A stretch of 64,000 nt of DNA from a virus, in the IMG/VR virus record IMGVR_UViG_3300023210_000021, positions 19,833-83,832 of that record; one strand, written 5' to 3'. This document shows, one piece after another, positions 19,227 to 29,756 of the stretch. Under the pieces are notes generated by a model. That model ran no database searches. It saw only the letters and a program-made list of their open reading frames with translations, and was not told the origin of the DNA. Every line of letters starts with the position of its first letter. Within the stretch, counting starts at the first letter, position 1. The position numbers and the translations under genes were made by a program.

Positions 19227-21192
19227 TGCTTATATCTTTAACTGCAATTAGGCTAATGTCCGCACAACCACCAGCGACATCTCTTTTTCCTAATTCATAT
19301 TCCCCAAAGTACTCAACCATCCTAACCGTAACGTCTAAGTCAAATGGACCACTATCATTAGTAAATACTTCTACTTCATCACCAACACTAACCACCGCAC
19401 CAACAGCAGGTACCATACTAACTATTTGAACGAATTTTGGGTCACTTAATTTTATCGCCAACTCCGATGAATCAGCAGGTAATGTATATGTTAAGTTAGT
19501 GTATACAAAATCACAAGGTGGATCTTGTCTCCTTAAATAAAATCTATTACCTAAAAATATGTAATGTGCGCCACTATCAAACGGATAATCAACACCAGCA
19601 TTTCCTACATCAAAAATACCAATATCTAACAAGTCCCTCCATTTATAAACTTGTTCACCATTTGTTCCTGAATATGATAAAATTGCGTAATCGGGAATAC
19701 CAACAGTATCTACTGGGTCACCATCTTCAATATAAGAAGAAAAATCTTTTATCTTTATTCTATAATGTGGTTTATAAACATACCCCTCTTTTTTATCGCT
19801 AAGTTCTTCTCTGAAATATGTATTAAATCTATGGTATATATCACTTAACACCCTTTCCTTTAATTCTTCTGTGTTATATTCCACAATATCACCAACAAAC
19901 TCTGAATCTGTCTCGTCAATTGGGTTGAAGTATGTCTGATTAACATTAGGGTCCCCGAAACCTCTAAGGTTGTAGTTTATATTATTCTGGTTTGATGGTA
20001 GGAAATTAGGATTAGACTGATTAGCGGTTAAGAAACCAGGTGTTCTGTCCACCCAAAAAGGGTTTCCATCCCCTTCATCATCCCAATATTGATCTTGTAT
20101 TGTAGTTATGTCACTATCATTATCTATCTTTATGATTGTTAAATACAATTCTGATAGTGGTCTACCTAAATTATCCCTATAAATATCTGGATCAATATCA
20201 ATATCTTTATTAAAATTAAAACCAGCTTCTTTATCACTATAAATATTTTCTGCGAAACCAGCAGGGAATATTTCATAGTCTTTATCATCCGTTGTCATTG
20301 CGGAAAAAACCCTTAGATAATATGATGACTCAACATCATTTACCACCCTTTTGAATGTACACAACCCCAAATTAATTTCTATTTCTAATGGGTTAATGTC
20401 AATAACAAAAATGTTGTCTTTATCATCATTTAATTGATCCCCTAACTTAAATACAGTAAAACTTCTTTCAGTTAGAGCCAACTCACCATTAGTTAAATCA
20501 GTAAACCCATATAATTTAACTTCATCCTCATCACTTAACCCATGATTAATTGGTGATTTGAATGCAGTATAATTCCTGTCATTAAGAGATACCCTACCAA
20601 TATTGACTATCGGAATACCCTCCGCTATTGTTACTTCATCATTACCATTAGTCACCAAAGAGATATCATCCCTAGTATACGCTGGGTATGTTATTTTAAG
20701 TAAATAATTAGGTGTTCCCTCTGAATCTAAAAAACTTAAACGGTTATATCCAGGGTCAAAGGGAATAAATTCACAAAGACTACTTTTATTATCATTAAAA
20801 TCGGTAGCACTTTGTGAGAATTCTTGAGCTTGTTCTGGAACATTATCATAATAACCAAACCAACCATCTTCTTCCACTATATCAGGTGATTGTACAACCG
20901 CAGTTGTTCTTTGACCAAAAGTTACATTATCATCATCTTTATCAATAAAAATTTTTATATTGTCATTATATAGTGCGTTACTTATAACTGGTTTAACTGA
21001 ACCATAGAATCTGTACTTGTTAGATTCTTGCCTTTCTTTATCTGATTGTAATGACTGACTTATTACCTTATTAATTTTATTTAAAGGTAAAGGTCTAGTT
21101 GTATTATTTAACCATACGCTACTTTGTGAGTCTAAATTAACATCTTCGAAAGATTTTTCTTGTGTTAGTAATTTTTCTATTCTACCATCCAT
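19216..21192 (-). CDS. putative virion structural protein (658 aa)
   Basis: Long ORF in the structural operon. Confidence 0.55.
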   Translation of the reverse strand: MDGRIEKLLTQEKSFEDVNLDSQSSVWLNNTTRPLPLNKINKVISQSLQSDKERQESNKYRFYGSVKPVISNALYNDNIKIFIDKDDDNVTFGQRTTAVVQSPDIVEEDGWFGYYDNVPEQAQEFSQSATDFNDNKSSLCEFIPFDPGYNRLSFLDSEGTPNYLLKITYPAYTRDDISLVTNGNDEVTIAEGIPIVNIGRVSLNDRNYTAFKSPINHGLSDEDEVKLYGFTDLTNGELALTERSFTVFKLGDQLNDDKDNIFVIDINPLEIEINLGLCTFKRVVNDVESSYYLRVFSAMTTDDKDYEIFPAGFAENIYSDKEAGFNFNKDIDIDPDIYRDNLGRPLSELYLTIIKIDNDSDITTIQDQYWDDEGDGNPFWVDRTPGFLTANQSNPNFLPSNQNNINYNLRGFGDPNVNQTYFNPIDETDSEFVGDIVEYNTEELKERVLSDIYHRFNTYFREELSDKKEGYVYKPHYRIKIKDFSSYIEDGDPVDTVGIPDYAILSYSGTNGEQVYKWRDLLDIGIFDVGNAGVDYPFDSGAHYIFLGNRFYLRRQDPPCDFVYTNLTYTLPADSSELAIKLSDPKFVQIVSMVPAVGAVVSVGDEVEVFTNDSGPFDLDVTVRMVEYFGEYELGKRDVAGGCADISLIAVKDISNVC

Positions 21193-21196
21193 ACTT

Positions 21197-24100
21197 TTAT
21201 GATTTATTTAAACAAGTTTTTAATAACGCACCTGCCGATTGTGGTGTACCACCTGGTTGTGTTGGGTTGGGTTCGTCTAAATCATCAATACCTGCTAACG
21301 TTTCTTCATCTATTTTATCTGCGAAGAATTTACCCACAGTCTTATGTAGTGCTGTTTTACCAGGGATTAACCCAAAGTAAAAATAATAAGGTGTTTGTGA
21401 AGTTCTAAAACTAACCCCCTCGACCGATTCATTAATACTATCAGGATCATCTTTTAATATTTCGGTGTTATGATTTATACCATAAATATATTTCCCATCC
21501 TTCATTTTACATAAATCTCCTGATGTAAACCCATTACCATCATTTATAGTGTCGCCTGACATAGGACCTAAATCAACCAGTAGATTTGGTGTATTGTCTG
21601 GAATCTCTGGGTATGTTTCGTATGTGTTGTCTCTATTAATTGTTGATGGTTGTGCATATGAAATATCGTGATTTGGATCTGTATAGGTACTGAACCTCCT
21701 ACAAAAATAACCCCTAATTTCCTCGTCATGGTCGAATAACGATTCACATGTTTCCAATTCATGAGCTTGATCCGTTACATCATTTACTTCTATCCCTATT
21801 TGTGAAGAAACGACAACATTCTTGGGGTTGATGCACTTAGTAGCATTACACCCAAAATCAGCGTATGTCGTCACATTAATTGTACTTTTATCACCACCAG
21901 GTTGTTCGCTAATCTTAAATGTTGTAGGTTCTAACTTATCAATTAAAAATGGTTGATCGTCAATATCACAGAATGTGCTACTCCCCAACTCAGTTATGTT
22001 TGTTGGGTATAATAAAGTTGATTTAAGGAATGGCCCATCGTATATTGCATTTAATTCAGCTCCGTTATAGTCAGCGGTTGGTTTGTTAGGTATGATAGAT
22101 GCATAATATATATTACCTTTTTCATATTTAATAATACCATGTGATATTTCCATTGTATTATACCCTAACCCTAAATCCTCCTCTTTACAGGCGCAAAATG
22201 CAGAACAACCCTTAACTCCAGGTATACAAGTTCCCTTTGCACATGCTTTTAATTCTTCTTGCGTAGGTGGTGCCAAATCAAGATCCTCAGTAGAACCACT
22301 ATCAGGTGTTGGTGGTGTACTCTCAGTATCAACATAACAATCCATATTAAGTTTAGTGAATTCTTTTCTTTCCACCAAGTAACTTGAATTACATATGTTT
22401 TGGTGATGGGCATGACCACCAATATTCTGAAATTGGGTAAAACCTAAATCTGTATTTTCATACTCCACATATTTTGGTTTTCCATGAATCTTGTTATATA
22501 GTCTATTATTAACACCATCCTGTAAAAATGGGTAATACCAAGGTAAAACCGCAGGTGGTGTTCCGGTTAGAAGAAAGATGGGGTTGGGAATTGGAAAAGT
22601 ATTATATAGAAAAAAGGGTAACTCACCATAGTTATCTGTATTACTTAGTAAATACTTACCCTTACCACCCTGTAAAGACACAGGTGGAATACCACCATTA
22701 CCTGTGGGGGGGAGAGGATAGATTGGTGATGATGTCTCTGGTTGTTCAGGAACATAACAATTGAAATCACAAAACTTATCTTTTTTAATTTGCCCGAATT
22801 TTTTCTTTCTTTTTTTAGTTTTAAATTTTCTTTTAATTAATGGGAAATATAAAGAACCATTTAACCAATCATTATAAAAATCAAATTTTATTAACCCCAA
22901 GAACGCAGCAATTGCCTCTAATTTACATCTTACCCATTCATCAATAGGTGATAATTCTAAACCACCACAAGTTGGGCAAGGGATTACTTGATTAACATTA
23001 CAAGAGAGTGGTGCAAATGGTGTTGGAAACAATGTAGGGGTAATGAGGATTTCTTCTTTACACCTTAATTTAATTAACGGAATTTTAACACAACAATCAC
23101 TACAACAGCTATTTGCCCCACCCACATCTGCATCGTTATCATTAGGGTCACCATTGATTGATTCACATGGTATCTCTTTATCGCCCGACCATTTTTTACA
23201 CTTACTATTTGGGCACGGTGGGTTTGCATTTGGGTTATCGTTTTCATCCTTACATTCGTCACAACCCTGACCACACCCATAAGGATGATCATCAGGACCA
23301 CAACAACCATGTCTATCATCATTCGGATCCGATGGTAGACATGATGAACAAAATACACCACCGAATATACATTTATATTTGATAGTGATGGTAGCGCACC
23401 TACATAAACCAATGCCTGCAATTTCTACATCTATTTGTGGTCCACCCGGTGGGGAACAATCTGAGGGGCAAACATTAAGACAAGTATCTTTTTCATCACC
23501 AGTTTTTATGTCATCCCATTTTCGATAAGACTGGGCACAACAACCTAAACCAGAAGCGGTTTCACATAGTGCCTTTGTTGTAAATAACACATTGTGTCCA
23601 TCCGCGTCCGGTATACTACCATCTCCAGTAGTGGCCGCCCTGAGTTTCCAATCTTGACAATCACTATACGAACCAAAATCTCCAACATTATTACAAACAC
23701 CCCACACCTGATCATATGTTTGGTAATTTGTTATTATTTGAGATAAATCTGGTGTGTTGTCTGACACAGAACATTCTGCTCGGTTTATGGAAATTGTTGT
23801 TTCCGGAAATCCGTTGGCGACGTTGACGGGGTTATTTGTGTAATATTTTTCGGTAAGACTATGTGAATAACTCCAATCTACTTTACCAGCGTTTAGTAAT
23901 GTCCTACAGCTTTGGTCTAGCGTTTTTCGTTCTACTTTACGCCACCATTTTTTACTTTCACCTGCACATTCTTTAAGGCAGAATTCAATACTACAAGGGA
24001 TTTTTATCTGACATATCATGGTTAAAAAACCATTAAATAGATTTAATATACCATTAACCAATGCTAATAGTATCCCAATAAAGGACAATAAAATACATAA

Positions 24101-25588
24101 TAAAGTATATAACGGGTTTACGTTGGTGTCAATCCTATTAAATGGTATTTTATTAACACCGAAACCATCACTAATATCTTTAAGACCTATGAAATTTCTA
24201 TTCTCATCATTATCGTTTGGTTGGAATCTCCCTATATATTGTCTTACCGTATAAACTTTCTTCCACCTGAATGTAAAAAATTCTTTTAAATAATTATATT
24301 CATTTGCTGGGTCATCAGCAAAAGCAGTCGGTGTTAGTGAAGTTTGTTCGTTAATATCAAATATTGTCGTTCCTGTTCCAGCATCTTGAGCAAACTGAGC
24401 ATCTCTCAATTCTGATCTATCAAAACTATCAAAATTGTAATTACCCAACATATTAGGAACTAACATCTTAGCTCTTGTTCTAAGTTTTTTATCATCGTTA
24501 GACTTATCCATAGATATTCTAAACCTAACATCAGCCTCTGTTGCAACACCCTTTATACCGTCTGGTGAAGGAATTAAACTACCATCTTCTTCGGTGATTA
24601 CCTTCCTTAAATTCATTGGGACTTGAAAAGACCAATTTCCATTTTCATCAATTAAATCATCACCTAAATCCCTATAAAATTCTATATCACCTTGTTGTGT
24701 TCTACGAATGATTTCAATATTACCCTCACCAGTAATTAATTCATTCATATTACCCATTTTCTTTCTAGGCCTACAATTTTTATTCAATGAGTCTTTTTCA
24801 TCGTCACTAAATAAACCACCCATAAAAATTGCTGTGGGGTTTAATTCATAACTTTCTATAGGTATATCTTGTCTAGTAATACCAATCTCTCGACCTATAT
24901 TAAGTGTATCACACCAAAATGGTTTTACAACTATAGGGATGGTTTCACTTATAACTTGAGTTAGTTGATCAAGACTTCCACTTTTAAAGGTGAATTTATC
25001 TTGAAATCTTGATTCTGGTGCCCCCTGAGCAATTAATTCATATGGTCTTGCAGATAGAAACCCTATATCACTTACATCTAAATCATAGAATAATTGTTGT
25101 TGACCATTGGGTACACCGAATAACATAAAATCACCAGCCTCATTTGTCTTTGTGGTGTATTTATAATACTTCTCATATACCTCAATATATGTTTCATCAT
25201 CTAAAACCTCTCTTTTTCCAGGAAACCCACCAACTGGTGTGTGATCGGTATGTTGTTTTCTATTTGGTAATAGGTTATACCTTAAACCATTTCTATTTTT
25301 ATCTACCGTTGATTCATAAGGATATATTTCCCTTATTATTGCATTGTCTTTATCATCATCTGATATAGGGACAAATATTGATACCTTTACGTTGGGTAAC
25401 CCGAAACCATCATTGACTGAAATTCTACCAGCGACTACCCCGTAGTTTGCACAAAAACTCTGATAAGCATCTTCTTGCGTAATCTTTAAACTTAAAATTT
25501 CTAATAAGTCAAAGTCTTGCTCTAACTTTATCTTAACGTATTTATCGTCACTATTAGGTGTTGTTCTAATTCTAATGGAACTTGACAT
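21197..25588 (-). CDS. large Cys-rich protein with an N-terminal carboxypeptidase-regulatory/prealbumin-like fold and a central hydrophobic helix
   Basis: GRISVNDGFGLPNVKVSI...TTKTNEAGDFMLFGVPNG pattern; hydrophobic LYTLLCILLSFIGILLALVNGILNLF; dense Cys clusters such as CCSDCC and CGQGCDEC. Confidence 0.55.
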   Translation of the reverse strand: MSSSIRIRTTPNSDDKYVKIKLEQDFDLLEILSLKITQEDAYQSFCANYGVVAGRISVNDGFGLPNVKVSIFVPISDDDKDNAIIREIYPYESTVDKNRNGLRYNLLPNRKQHTDHTPVGGFPGKREVLDDETYIEVYEKYYKYTTKTNEAGDFMLFGVPNGQQQLFYDLDVSDIGFLSARPYELIAQGAPESRFQDKFTFKSGSLDQLTQVISETIPIVVKPFWCDTLNIGREIGITRQDIPIESYELNPTAIFMGGLFSDDEKDSLNKNCRPRKKMGNMNELITGEGNIEIIRRTQQGDIEFYRDLGDDLIDENGNWSFQVPMNLRKVITEEDGSLIPSPDGIKGVATEADVRFRISMDKSNDDKKLRTRAKMLVPNMLGNYNFDSFDRSELRDAQFAQDAGTGTTIFDINEQTSLTPTAFADDPANEYNYLKEFFTFRWKKVYTVRQYIGRFQPNDNDENRNFIGLKDISDGFGVNKIPFNRIDTNVNPLYTLLCILLSFIGILLALVNGILNLFNGFLTMICQIKIPCSIEFCLKECAGESKKWWRKVERKTLDQSCRTLLNAGKVDWSYSHSLTEKYYTNNPVNVANGFPETTISINRAECSVSDNTPDLSQIITNYQTYDQVWGVCNNVGDFGSYSDCQDWKLRAATTGDGSIPDADGHNVLFTTKALCETASGLGCCAQSYRKWDDIKTGDEKDTCLNVCPSDCSPPGGPQIDVEIAGIGLCRCATITIKYKCIFGGVFCSSCLPSDPNDDRHGCCGPDDHPYGCGQGCDECKDENDNPNANPPCPNSKCKKWSGDKEIPCESINGDPNDNDADVGGANSCCSDCCVKIPLIKLRCKEEILITPTLFPTPFAPLSCNVNQVIPCPTCGGLELSPIDEWVRCKLEAIAAFLGLIKFDFYNDWLNGSLYFPLIKRKFKTKKRKKKFGQIKKDKFCDFNCYVPEQPETSSPIYPLPPTGNGGIPPVSLQGGKGKYLLSNTDNYGELPFFLYNTFPIPNPIFLLTGTPPAVLPWYYPFLQDGVNNRLYNKIHGKPKYVEYENTDLGFTQFQNIGGHAHHQNICNSSYLVERKEFTKLNMDCYVDTESTPPTPDSGSTEDLDLAPPTQEELKACAKGTCIPGVKGCSAFCACKEEDLGLGYNTMEISHGIIKYEKGNIYYASIIPNKPTADYNGAELNAIYDGPFLKSTLLYPTNITELGSSTFCDIDDQPFLIDKLEPTTFKISEQPGGDKSTINVTTYADFGCNATKCINPKNVVVSSQIGIEVNDVTDQAHELETCESLFDHDEEIRGYFCRRFSTYTDPNHDISYAQPSTINRDNTYETYPEIPDNTPNLLVDLGPMSGDTINDGNGFTSGDLCKMKDGKYIYGINHNTEILKDDPDSINESVEGVSFRTSQTPYYFYFGLIPGKTALHKTVGKFFADKIDEETLAGIDDLDEPNPTQPGGTPQSAGALLKTCLNKS

Positions 25589-25591
25589 ATT

Positions 25592-26014
25592 TTAACCCTC
25601 TTTGGTACCCTCATTATACTCCTCAGTTTCAAATACTTCTATATCTAGTAACTCACTATCACCACTATAGTCTCTATTCTTATTGAATTGTCTTTCTTTC
25701 TTTTTAATAATTCTATTAGCTTTAAATGTCGCATACTTATGAACGACATTTTCTATTAAATCACCAATAACTTTCTGACCATCTCTTTTAGGCATAAAGA
25801 AATTTACAAATAACACATAAAAAAGTGTTATTGTTATTAACGGCCACGAAATAATAATTATTATAAGTGCCAATAATTTTAAAATAAAATTACCATTGAA
25901 ATCTCCATTCTGAAGACTTTCAGGTATTAAACTAATATTAATATTTTCACTATCAGCACCACCACTATTAGTGTTGTTTTTTGAACTTTTTCCTTTACAT
26001 GTTGAACATCCCAT
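25592..26014 (-). CDS. small membrane protein with N-terminal CxxC
   Basis: MGCSTCK start; long hydrophobic stretch FILKLLALIIIIISWPLITITLFYVLFVNFF. Confidence 0.6.
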   Translation of the reverse strand: MGCSTCKGKSSKNNTNSGGADSENINISLIPESLQNGDFNGNFILKLLALIIIIISWPLITITLFYVLFVNFFMPKRDGQKVIGDLIENVVHKYATFKANRIIKKKERQFNKNRDYSGDSELLDIEVFETEEYNEGTKEG

Positions 26015-26068
26015 AACTTTTAATTTTTCTTAAAAAATACACCTAAAACCCCCAAAATAAAGCACACA

Positions 26069-27880
26069 TTACTTTATTCTTATTTTAATGTCCTTACTTG
26101 GTAATTTAACTTCGAACATTGCATTTGGTTGTCCGAATAATGTGTATTGACCTAACAAATCAATTTGTCTAGTGTCGGCATCAATATATGGTTGTGCAAT
26201 TTCATTAACAGAATATTTACCATCAGCGACTTTATTATATACCCTTAAATCAACCACATTTAATACCCCACCGACATTATTAATATTTTCAATTAATTGT
26301 GCTAAGTAGATATTATCACCCATAAACCATTTGTTGATGTCCATGAAATCGGTGATACTATTAATAACACCCGTCATTATTTCAGTTTTAGAAACTGACT
26401 TATCTACAAATAAGTCTACCTCATAACCTAAGTTTATAATCTTTCCATCCTTAATTGTGACGTAATCATTTAACATTCTATATTCTGCAAGATATTCTGC
26501 GATATTTTCTTTTAATGTTGATGTTGATTTATTTGTTAATTTTCCAGCACTATCTAATGATAAAGTAGTAACCTGTATTTTATTTCTTTCTTCCCAAACA
26601 CCACACCTAAATGGTACACCAAACTTACCAGGCATTGCTGATATTCTACTCTGGTAATCTTTAATTGTGACTGATCTGTTTTGTGCCGAAAAATTGTATC
26701 TTATTAAATTTCTAATTTCTTCAATAGATGGTTGGTTTTTTCCTCCTATTGCAGGAATTGGGTTATTAACCTTCAAACTATTTCTAACAGACTGGTTTAT
26801 GGTGTTATCATCCCCATTAATAACTAAATTTACCGTACCTAACTTTGTTAATACACCTGACCCAATGTTACTATCTGACCCACCGCCAACTCTATACTTT
26901 ATAAACATTGTGTTGTTTGTTGGTGGGATTGACCCTAACGATAGATTATTCGCAAAATCACCTATCCTATCAATTTGACCTCTACACCCCACAAAATCAT
27001 TTAGTGAGGATGTGTCGGTGTCACCAGCACCAAAGACTAACTTACAAAACCCATTATCAGTAAATTCTTTAATAAATCTTTGTGATGTATTTAACCATTT
27101 ACCAGGTAAAATACTAGTATTGTCACTGACTTTATTAGTGTCCTCTATGAATACCTCAGCCTCTGCCAATGCCATCATTTCGAACCACCTATTGTCAAAT
27201 ATTTGGAATTCTGATAGTGTTGGTGTTGAACTATAATTAGTTCCTTCTTTGGTTATAATACTATCTACCGACAATACATTTGTATCTGGTAATACCATTT
27301 CCATAAATGGTTTATAATCTTCTGGTCTAATTACCTTTTTAAATATTTTTGTAAAACCATTTAAAACAATTTCTCTTTTTGTTAATGTATAATTTTGAAT
27401 AACCCCATTGGATATGTTGGGTATGATTAATCTGTTCGGTATCCCACCTATAGTAAATGGTGATGAAAAATCACAATCTTCTAACAACTCAAATACTTTA
27501 CCCGACCCTGTTGCTTGTGACCCCTGATAAATAATAGGGGAATATGTATTATCAAAGGAATCCCCTAATACTGGGACAACCACCGACCAGTCAACAATAG
27601 TAATACTTGGTCTTTTTCCTGGTATGTTTAACCCAAATGTTCTCGCTAACTCCAATACAGAAGATCTCTCTTGCATGTAATTAATTTGTGTCTCATTAAA
27701 CATCCTGTCCGTATGAAATGATAACATATCACCCACCGCAGCGTTTAATTCTAATAACATCATCCCAACAGATGCATCATTAAAGTCGTTAAAAATATCT
27801 GGGTAATATTGTTGAACGAAATTGACTAACTCCGATCTTACATCAGAGAAATTACGACTATTATAATCTATTTTCTTCAT
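26069..27880 (-). CDS. baseplate wedge protein (T4 gp6 / baseplate J-like)
   Basis: DYNSRNFSDV...DFNDASVGMMLLELNAAVGDMLSF, IKYRVGGG, GGKNQPSIEEIR and AQNRSVTIKDY are hallmark gp6/J motifs. Confidence 0.9.
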   Translation of the reverse strand: MKKIDYNSRNFSDVRSELVNFVQQYYPDIFNDFNDASVGMMLLELNAAVGDMLSFHTDRMFNETQINYMQERSSVLELARTFGLNIPGKRPSITIVDWSVVVPVLGDSFDNTYSPIIYQGSQATGSGKVFELLEDCDFSSPFTIGGIPNRLIIPNISNGVIQNYTLTKREIVLNGFTKIFKKVIRPEDYKPFMEMVLPDTNVLSVDSIITKEGTNYSSTPTLSEFQIFDNRWFEMMALAEAEVFIEDTNKVSDNTSILPGKWLNTSQRFIKEFTDNGFCKLVFGAGDTDTSSLNDFVGCRGQIDRIGDFANNLSLGSIPPTNNTMFIKYRVGGGSDSNIGSGVLTKLGTVNLVINGDDNTINQSVRNSLKVNNPIPAIGGKNQPSIEEIRNLIRYNFSAQNRSVTIKDYQSRISAMPGKFGVPFRCGVWEERNKIQVTTLSLDSAGKLTNKSTSTLKENIAEYLAEYRMLNDYVTIKDGKIINLGYEVDLFVDKSVSKTEIMTGVINSITDFMDINKWFMGDNIYLAQLIENINNVGGVLNVVDLRVYNKVADGKYSVNEIAQPYIDADTRQIDLLGQYTLFGQPNAMFEVKLPSKDIKIRIK

Positions 27881-27882
27881 AA

Positions 27883-28263
27883 TTAGAATGTTATATCGAT
27901 AGTATCAGTAGATGAAAATACACCTTCGGTTATAGTATAAGAAAGTATTACCTTTATCGCCTCTTCTACTTCTATATTCTCAAAAGTGATACTATCAATC
28001 TGTAGGTTTGGAATATATTTCTTTATTGTGTCATTTAAATTAGTTTTGATTTCTTCATGAGTAATTTGATCATTCATTTCAAAAATGAATTTCTTTAAAT
28101 CACTACCGAAATCTGGCATATACAACCTTTCACCTTTATTAGTTAATAAAAGGTGTAATAAATCAGCCTTTATTGCGTCTTTTGATGTAGAGGTTATGTC
28201 AACATAGAACCCTTCGTCACTATCCTTAAAAGGGAAGTTTATATTTATATATTTAGAAGGCAT
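27883..28263 (-). CDS. baseplate wedge protein (T4 gp25 / gpW-like)
   Basis: INFPF...AIKADLLHLLLTNKGERLYMPDFGS motif. The ATG at 28263 (MPSKYINI) is preferred over the ORF-track start at 28287. Confidence 0.9.
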   Translation of the reverse strand: MPSKYININFPFKDSDEGFYVDITSTSKDAIKADLLHLLLTNKGERLYMPDFGSDLKKFIFEMNDQITHEEIKTNLNDTIKKYIPNLQIDSITFENIEVEEAIKVILSYTITEGVFSSTDTIDITF

Positions 28264-28498
28264 TTTTATATTTCCATTTAAACCCACATGTGGTTTTTAT
28301 TAACCCATCACGCATCATTATAATATTTTTTTTATTTTTTGTTTCTTCACTATGTTTTTCACCTACTCTATAAGTATTACCAATACTTATTTTACCTAAG
28401 CTATATTTAGGTTTTTTAGTGGTATTATCAATATACCTAACATTAGATATATCACCATTAGAAACTAAACTATAAATATTAATATACTTTTCTTCCAT
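28253..28498 (-). pseudogene. internally deleted GIY-YIG/NUMOD-type homing endonuclease remnant
   Basis: IYSL...VRYID (degenerate GIY-YIG), GEKHSEETK (NUMOD3-like) and TCGFKWKY (NUMOD1/HTH-like end) squeezed into 81 aa. Confidence 0.65.
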
Positions 28499-28502
28499 TA
28501 CT

Positions 28503-28510
28503 TATAAATA
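28503..28510 (-). promoter_or_regulatory. putative phage late promoter TATTTATA
   Basis: Immediately upstream of the HEG-remnant/gp25/gp6 operon. Confidence 0.55.
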
Positions 28511-28547
28511 TTGTAATATAAATTTTCGTTAAGAAAAGTGTGGACAT

Positions 28548-28576
28548 AAAAAAAGTCGTTACATGTAACGACTTTT
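28548..28576 (-). terminator. intrinsic terminator after nrdB
   Basis: Perfect palindrome AAAAGTCGTTACATGTAACGACTTTT (28551-28576) ending in a U7 tract on the minus strand. Confidence 0.8.
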
Positions 28577-28597
28577 ATCTTATATTATATATTTTCT

Positions 28598-29677
28598 TTA
28601 AAATTCAAAACCATCAAAGGTACTATCACCTAAATCTGACTTAACAGATCCAATATTATATGAATCAATTTCTGTTTCTTGTGGTGCGTTTTGCGTACCA
28701 TCTGATGATGTCCAAGCATTAATCCAGTTTATTGGGTTTTTTATTTTTTCGAAAATGGGTTCTAACCTAACAGCCTTCATTCTTTTGTTGGTAAGATACT
28801 TCATATACCTTTTAAGAATTTCTGCGTTTAAACCTAACATTGAACCATCTTTAAAAAGATAATCTGCCCACAACATTTCTTCTTCTGCGGCATCTTTAAA
28901 CATCTGGATTACAGTAGGTTTACATTCCTCAACAACCTCTAAAAACCCCTCATCCTCTCTTTTTGCAAGGTCATTTAATAATTTTTGGGTGAAACCTAAG
29001 TGTAGATTTTCATCTTTATTAATCAATGAAATGATTTTAGAGTTACCCTCCATTTTACCATTCTGAGCAAAGGCGTATGAACAAGCAAATGAAACATAAA
29101 AACGTATACCCTCTAATATATTTATTGACATTAGTGTTAGATAAAGTTTTTTCTTTCTTTCTTTAACACTTTCACCCAACGAATTCATCATATCGTCATA
29201 ATACTTAGTAACCGACACAGTTCTTTTGACAATCTGTTCGTCATTAAGAATATTATCAAACACATCACCAGGGGATGAATAAACATTTTTAATGATAAAT
29301 GTATATGAGTATGAGTGAATAGTCTCAAACATAGCCCAAGCCGAACAAAACGCCTCTACCTCTGGGTTTGACAAGTCTTCTGTTAGATGGGGAATACCTC
29401 TACTCTGAACACTATCTAGTAATATTTGATATTTTAAGTTAGACGTGAATATGAATTTTTCATTATCTGTCATTTCCTTATAATCCAACCTATCTTTAGA
29501 TAAATCAATTTCCTCGGGTAACCAAAAAGAATTTAATTGTTTTTTAAATAATTCAAAATACCCAACATACCTAAATTTATCATATCTCTCTAAATTCAAT
29601 GGTTTACCAAAAAATACTGGTTCTTTTGTAAAATCCACATTAGGATCTAAATTTACTAAACTTCTTCTTTCACTCAT
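28598..29677 (-). CDS. nrdB: ribonucleotide reductase class Ia beta subunit
   Basis: FWLPEE, LDSVQ, ETIHSYSY, EGIRFY and DENLH di-iron/tyrosyl-radical motifs. Confidence 0.97.
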   Translation of the reverse strand: MSERRSLVNLDPNVDFTKEPVFFGKPLNLERYDKFRYVGYFELFKKQLNSFWLPEEIDLSKDRLDYKEMTDNEKFIFTSNLKYQILLDSVQSRGIPHLTEDLSNPEVEAFCSAWAMFETIHSYSYTFIIKNVYSSPGDVFDNILNDEQIVKRTVSVTKYYDDMMNSLGESVKERKKKLYLTLMSINILEGIRFYVSFACSYAFAQNGKMEGNSKIISLINKDENLHLGFTQKLLNDLAKREDEGFLEVVEECKPTVIQMFKDAAEEEMLWADYLFKDGSMLGLNAEILKRYMKYLTNKRMKAVRLEPIFEKIKNPINWINAWTSSDGTQNAPQETEIDSYNIGSVKSDLGDSTFDGFEF

Positions 29678-29701
29678 ATTATTTTTTATTTTATTTTAGA
29701 C

Positions 29702-29730
29702 AAAAAAGGGTAGTATCACTACCACCCTAT
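29702..29730 (-). terminator. weak hairpin with U tract between nrdA and nrdB
   Basis: AAAAAAGGGTAGT-ATC-ACTACC. Confidence 0.4.
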
Positions 29731-29756
29731 AAAATTAATCATTTTTTTTAATATTG

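Noticed and set aside
9117-26014. Eukaryotic giant-virus origin suggested by Cys-rich and MGC-start membrane proteins
   Set aside because: Sheath, tube, gp6, gp25, overlapping operonic genes and bacterial promoters and terminators indicate a tailed phage.
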